Positions 57,152 to 60,788 of a stretch of DNA of 60,788 nucleotides are shown piece after piece. Position 1 is the stretch's first letter; every line of letters starts with the position of its first letter. A model generated the notes under the pieces. That model saw only the letters and a program-made list of their open reading frames with translations. It was not told the DNA's origin and made no database searches. The translations under genes and the position numbers were made by a program. The stretch is from an uncultured virus (IMG/VR IMGVR_UViG_3300038345_000178). Its lineage: Duplodnaviria; Heunggongvirae; Uroviricota; Caudoviricetes. The stretch lies in the IMG/VR virus record IMGVR_UViG_3300038345_000178, one strand, 5' to 3'.

Positions 57152-59353
57152 TTGAGCATCGTTGAAAATGTTAATAATAATGAAACAATTATTATGATAA
57201 AAGATAAACAAGGAAATATTCTTGCTGATTTAAGAAATACTTCTATAATTAGTAAACAATATCCCATTATTTTTAATTCTTCTGGCAATGTTTTATCAGA
57301 TTATATTATTTATGGAAATACAAATGGAGTTGGAGATTATAATTCCACTTCCCAAAAATATATTATTCCAGTAACCATCCATTCAAAAAATTTATTTAAT
57401 GTAAGCAGCGCAACTCTAACAACTTCATATCCAGATAATATAAATGGACAATTTACAGATTAGCTTGATTATTGTCATAGTTTAATACTTCCATTTTCTT
57501 AGGGGGTATATACATTTTCATTAAATTCTCCTACAAATGAGGTACTAAGAAATAGAAACAAAAATAGAATAGCTTGTTATAGCAGCTATCCACAAGTTGG
57601 AGACAATTGTTTAGCTTGGACAGAAAATTATATAAGAGATGAAGATAGATTTAGTATACCATTTTGTGCCCCCGCAGGAACCGCATATATTTCTATTTTT
57701 TTATGGGCATCTAATACATATACAAATGCATATATCGCCGATGTTATTGCTAATAGCGAATTAATGATAGAGCCTGGTAATGAATTTACTTCATATATAG
57801 CTTATAATACTAATACAATAAATTTATCTTTAGATAGCGCACTAACTGCGAATCAAAATATTTCAAAAAAAGATATAAACACTTAGATTTCTACTTACAA
57901 AGGGACAAATTTATTAACAATAGGAACCACTGTGTAGCCTTCAAATGTATTAATTAAAGGAAATATTAATTATGCAGAATCTTCTTATTTTAATATGCAT
58001 AGAGTTCGATTCTATAACCAAGATGGAAGCCAATTATTATATACAGAATATGTGCCCGATGGGAAAAATGCTCATGGATGGGCACTAACTCCTTCAAAAG
58101 CAAGCACAAATCAGTATACTTATAATTTTGTAGGATGGAATATAGCTACAGGGCAAACTGCGGCGACTGCTAATGTACTAAATAATATTATTACTGATAA
58201 GGACGTATATGCTGCTTTTTAGCAAGTTGAAAGAACTTTTACAGTACAATTCTTTTATGATGAAAATGCTAGCACGCCACTTCAAACTGTTGAGAATGTT
58301 CCTTATGGTGGAACGGCGACATATACAGGAAGTACACCTACCAAAACTGACCATACATTTATTGGTTGGGATCCAAGTCCTACAAATGTTACAGAAGATA
58401 TAAGTTGTTATGCTCAATTCATCAAAGCGCCCTATATCACTGATAGTTGGGAAGTAATTTCTCAGAGGTCTGACGCAGGTACGGCACAAAATTATTATTC
58501 TGTCGGAGATTGCAAACCTGTTGTACTTAACGGAACTATGGGTACACTTGCTCTAAATACGACATTATATGTGTATATCTTAGGATTTAATCATAATTCA
58601 AATTTTGAAATACCAGATATAATACCAGATATTATAGCGTCTGGTGCAAAAGGTCCAGATCCAGTTCGACAAGCTTATACTTACTCAATCACATTTGGTT
58701 GTTTCAAAACTGCCGCAACTAATGGCATTGATGTGTGTTTGGTTGACAGTAAGTATAATTCATCCAACACCTCCGGCACAAAATATTTCAATATGTTACA
58801 TAGGGGCTATTACAACTACGGTGGTTGGGCTGGTTCAGATATGCGTTATGACATACTTGGCTCTACTGACGTTCAGCCCTCAGGGTACGGTTCCACTCCG
58901 ACAACATCAAAAACAGGTTATAACGCAACTTCTACGTGTGCAACAAGCCCTGTTGCCAATACGCTTATGTCATGTCTGCCGAGCGACCTGAGAGCCGTTA
59001 TGAAACCCATGACAAAATACACTGATAACAAAGGTGGCAATGGCTCAAATGCAGAGGCAAATGTTACTTCTTCCATAGACTATTTACCGTTGCTGTCTGA
59101 GTATGAGATTCATGGCGTGAGGAGCCATGCAAACCAATATGAGCAGAACAAACAGGCACGATACGCATATTATACTGCTGGCAATAGCAAAGTTAAGTAC
59201 CAACACAGCGCAACTTCGTCTACCGCCACTTGGTGGTGTCGCTCGGCTTGTTACAGCTACTCTCGCGCCTTCTGTCTTGTCAGCACCAGCGGTAGCGCGG
59301 GCAACTACGACGTCAGCAATTCTCGCGGCGTTGCCCCATGCTTCTTAGTGTGA
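57152..59353 (+). CDS. Tail/receptor-binding protein 4 (733 aa, 5 TAG)
   Basis: ORFs 57152, 57995 and 58538 are in one frame; ends WWCRS...GVAPCFLV. Confidence 0.75.
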
Positions 59354-59361
59354 GGTGAAGC

Positions 59362-59757
59362 ATGAAATATATTGTTCATACACGATTTAAAGCTAAAGCA
59401 ATATGTGGAGAAGTCAATCTTCCCGCATTAACTGAAGTCAATCTTAAAGATAATATGCTATATTATCAAGATAAACAACTATGCGTTATTACAAGTGAAA
59501 ACGCTCACAAATACTTTGCCCGTAATGATGATAATAATGGTATGGAACGAGGAAGGCTAACTCAATTAATTAAAAGCAGACTTGAAAAAAATGATGAAAA
59601 GCGTCAAGACAGATGGGATAAAATTTGGAAGGACAAATTGTGTCAAAAATATAAACGTATAGAATATGCAGACTATTGGTTGTGGAACACAGCATTTTTT
59701 AATGCACCAATAGAAGATTTGAAATATATATACAATTTAATTAAGGAGGAAAAATAA
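59362..59757 (+). CDS. Hypothetical protein
   Basis: GAGGTG SD directly after the CLec-like gene. Confidence 0.6.
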   Translation: MKYIVHTRFKAKAICGEVNLPALTEVNLKDNMLYYQDKQLCVITSENAHKYFARNDDNNGMERGRLTQLIKSRLEKNDEKRQDRWDKIWKDKLCQKYKRIEYADYWLWNTAFFNAPIEDLKYIYNLIKEEK

Positions 59758-59758
59758 A

Positions 59759-60085
59759 ATGAAAATTGTTCTTAATGATAATTCAGAAATTACAATAAAT
59801 AGTGCCACTTATGATGGACATTATATAGTAAATTGCGAAAGCACTGCTGCTTATCAAGCACTATGGAATCGTTTTACTGCAAACAATTTGGCGGATTTTA
59901 AATTATTAAATGATGATAATAAACTTGTTGAAAGGACATTATATATCAATCTTTTAAGCACACAAGCAATTTTAAATCCAGATGGAACCGTTACTGGTCA
60001 TTTTTATTTCAATGGTGGCACAAAAGTTCCAAATGAGCTTGAAGAAGCTGGAAGAATTTTATTAGGAGAGGATGAAGCCGAATGA
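59759..60085 (+). CDS. Hypothetical protein
   Basis: AAGGAGG SD, 108 aa. Confidence 0.6.
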   Translation: MKIVLNDNSEITINSATYDGHYIVNCESTAAYQALWNRFTANNLADFKLLNDDNKLVERTLYINLLSTQAILNPDGTVTGHFYFNGGTKVPNELEEAGRILLGEDEAE

Positions 60086-60498
60086 GTTTAATAGATAGAG
60101 CAAGAATATTAAGACCTATTATATAGTCATTAGCAGCTAATTTAGATGATGAAACTGCGCTCGCCGCGATTTAGTTATTTCAAAAATGGCAAACTAATAA
60201 AGAATATCAAAAAGATGAAAAAGTTCGTTATAATGATATTTTATATAAAGTTAATCAAACTCATACCTCTCAAGATGATTGGACTCCTGACATTGCAACA
60301 TCATTATTTTCAAGAGTTTTAATTCCAGATCCAGAACAAATTCCAGTATGGGAGCAGCCCGATAGTACAAATGGATATATGATTGGTGATAAAGTACATT
60401 ATCCTACAATTGAAGATTCAGTTTATGAATCTACAATTGATAATAATGTTTGGTCACCAGTATCATACCCTCAAGGCTGGAAGCTTGTGGAAGAATAA
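60082..60498 (+). CDS. CBM5/12-like carbohydrate-binding domain protein (138 aa, 2 TAG)
   Basis: MSLIDRARILRPII*SLAANLDDETALAAI*LFQKW...Y..DEKVRY...QTHTSQDDWTP...W.QP....GY..GDKV. Confidence 0.7.
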
Positions 60499-60788
60499 TA
60501 TAATAAATATATTATAAAGTTTTATAATCTCATAATATTTTTTTAATAACAATTTATTTTATTTAAATAGTGCTATTTAAAAATTTTTAATATAGATTAT
60601 TTAATTTATTGTATTGAAGCGTCTTTATGCAATTTTTGTAAATCATAATTTTAATTCTTTTATTAAACAAAATATCTTAAAAAAGAGACCTAATTTCTAT
60701 ATTATAGGGCTCTTTTTTTTCTTTTGGACAAAAATAAATAAAAATATTTTTTATTTTTTTATTTTTTATAGAATATAAAATAAAGAGG

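Noticed and set aside
2701..60498. Fragmented late genes as pseudogenes or G-to-T sequencing damage
   Set aside because: Interruptions are exclusively TAG with no frameshifts. Damage would mostly create TAA from the far commoner GAA. Essential genes are affected, and a CUA tRNA is encoded.

Overview
AT-rich 60.8-kb segment of a large tailed phage, probably infecting Bacillota/Clostridia (inferred from GGAGG Shine-Dalgarno sites, sigmaA-type promoters, and HPr-, AbrB- and sigma70-like genes). Layout: (i) 1-10.7 kb, minus-strand head/packaging module (major capsid partial, decoration, protease/scaffold, portal, nuclease, and a large terminase split by two group I introns, each carrying a homing endonuclease); (ii) 10.8-25.5 kb, plus-strand early-type small genes, most with their own TTGACA/TATAAT promoter, separated by long non-coding blocks packed with a TTGTGCA-N3-TGCACAA dyad; (iii) 25.6-30.3 kb, iteron-like repeats and a minus-strand operon; (iv) 30.5-49 kb, middle-type genes, a sigma70 factor and about 20 tRNAs mixed with several ncRNA candidates; (v) 49-60.5 kb, a paralogous family of tail/receptor-binding proteins with DGR-target-like C-termini. 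The standout is the genetic code. Many late genes look fragmented in the ORF track only because of in-frame TAG codons. In alignments between paralogs inside this window those TAGs mostly face Glu rather than Gln, and the phage encodes a CUA-anticodon tRNA on a tRNA-Glu-like body. This points to amber-to-glutamate recoding rather than the amber-to-glutamine code usually described in phages. The amino acid is inferred and needs proteomics or large alignments to confirm.
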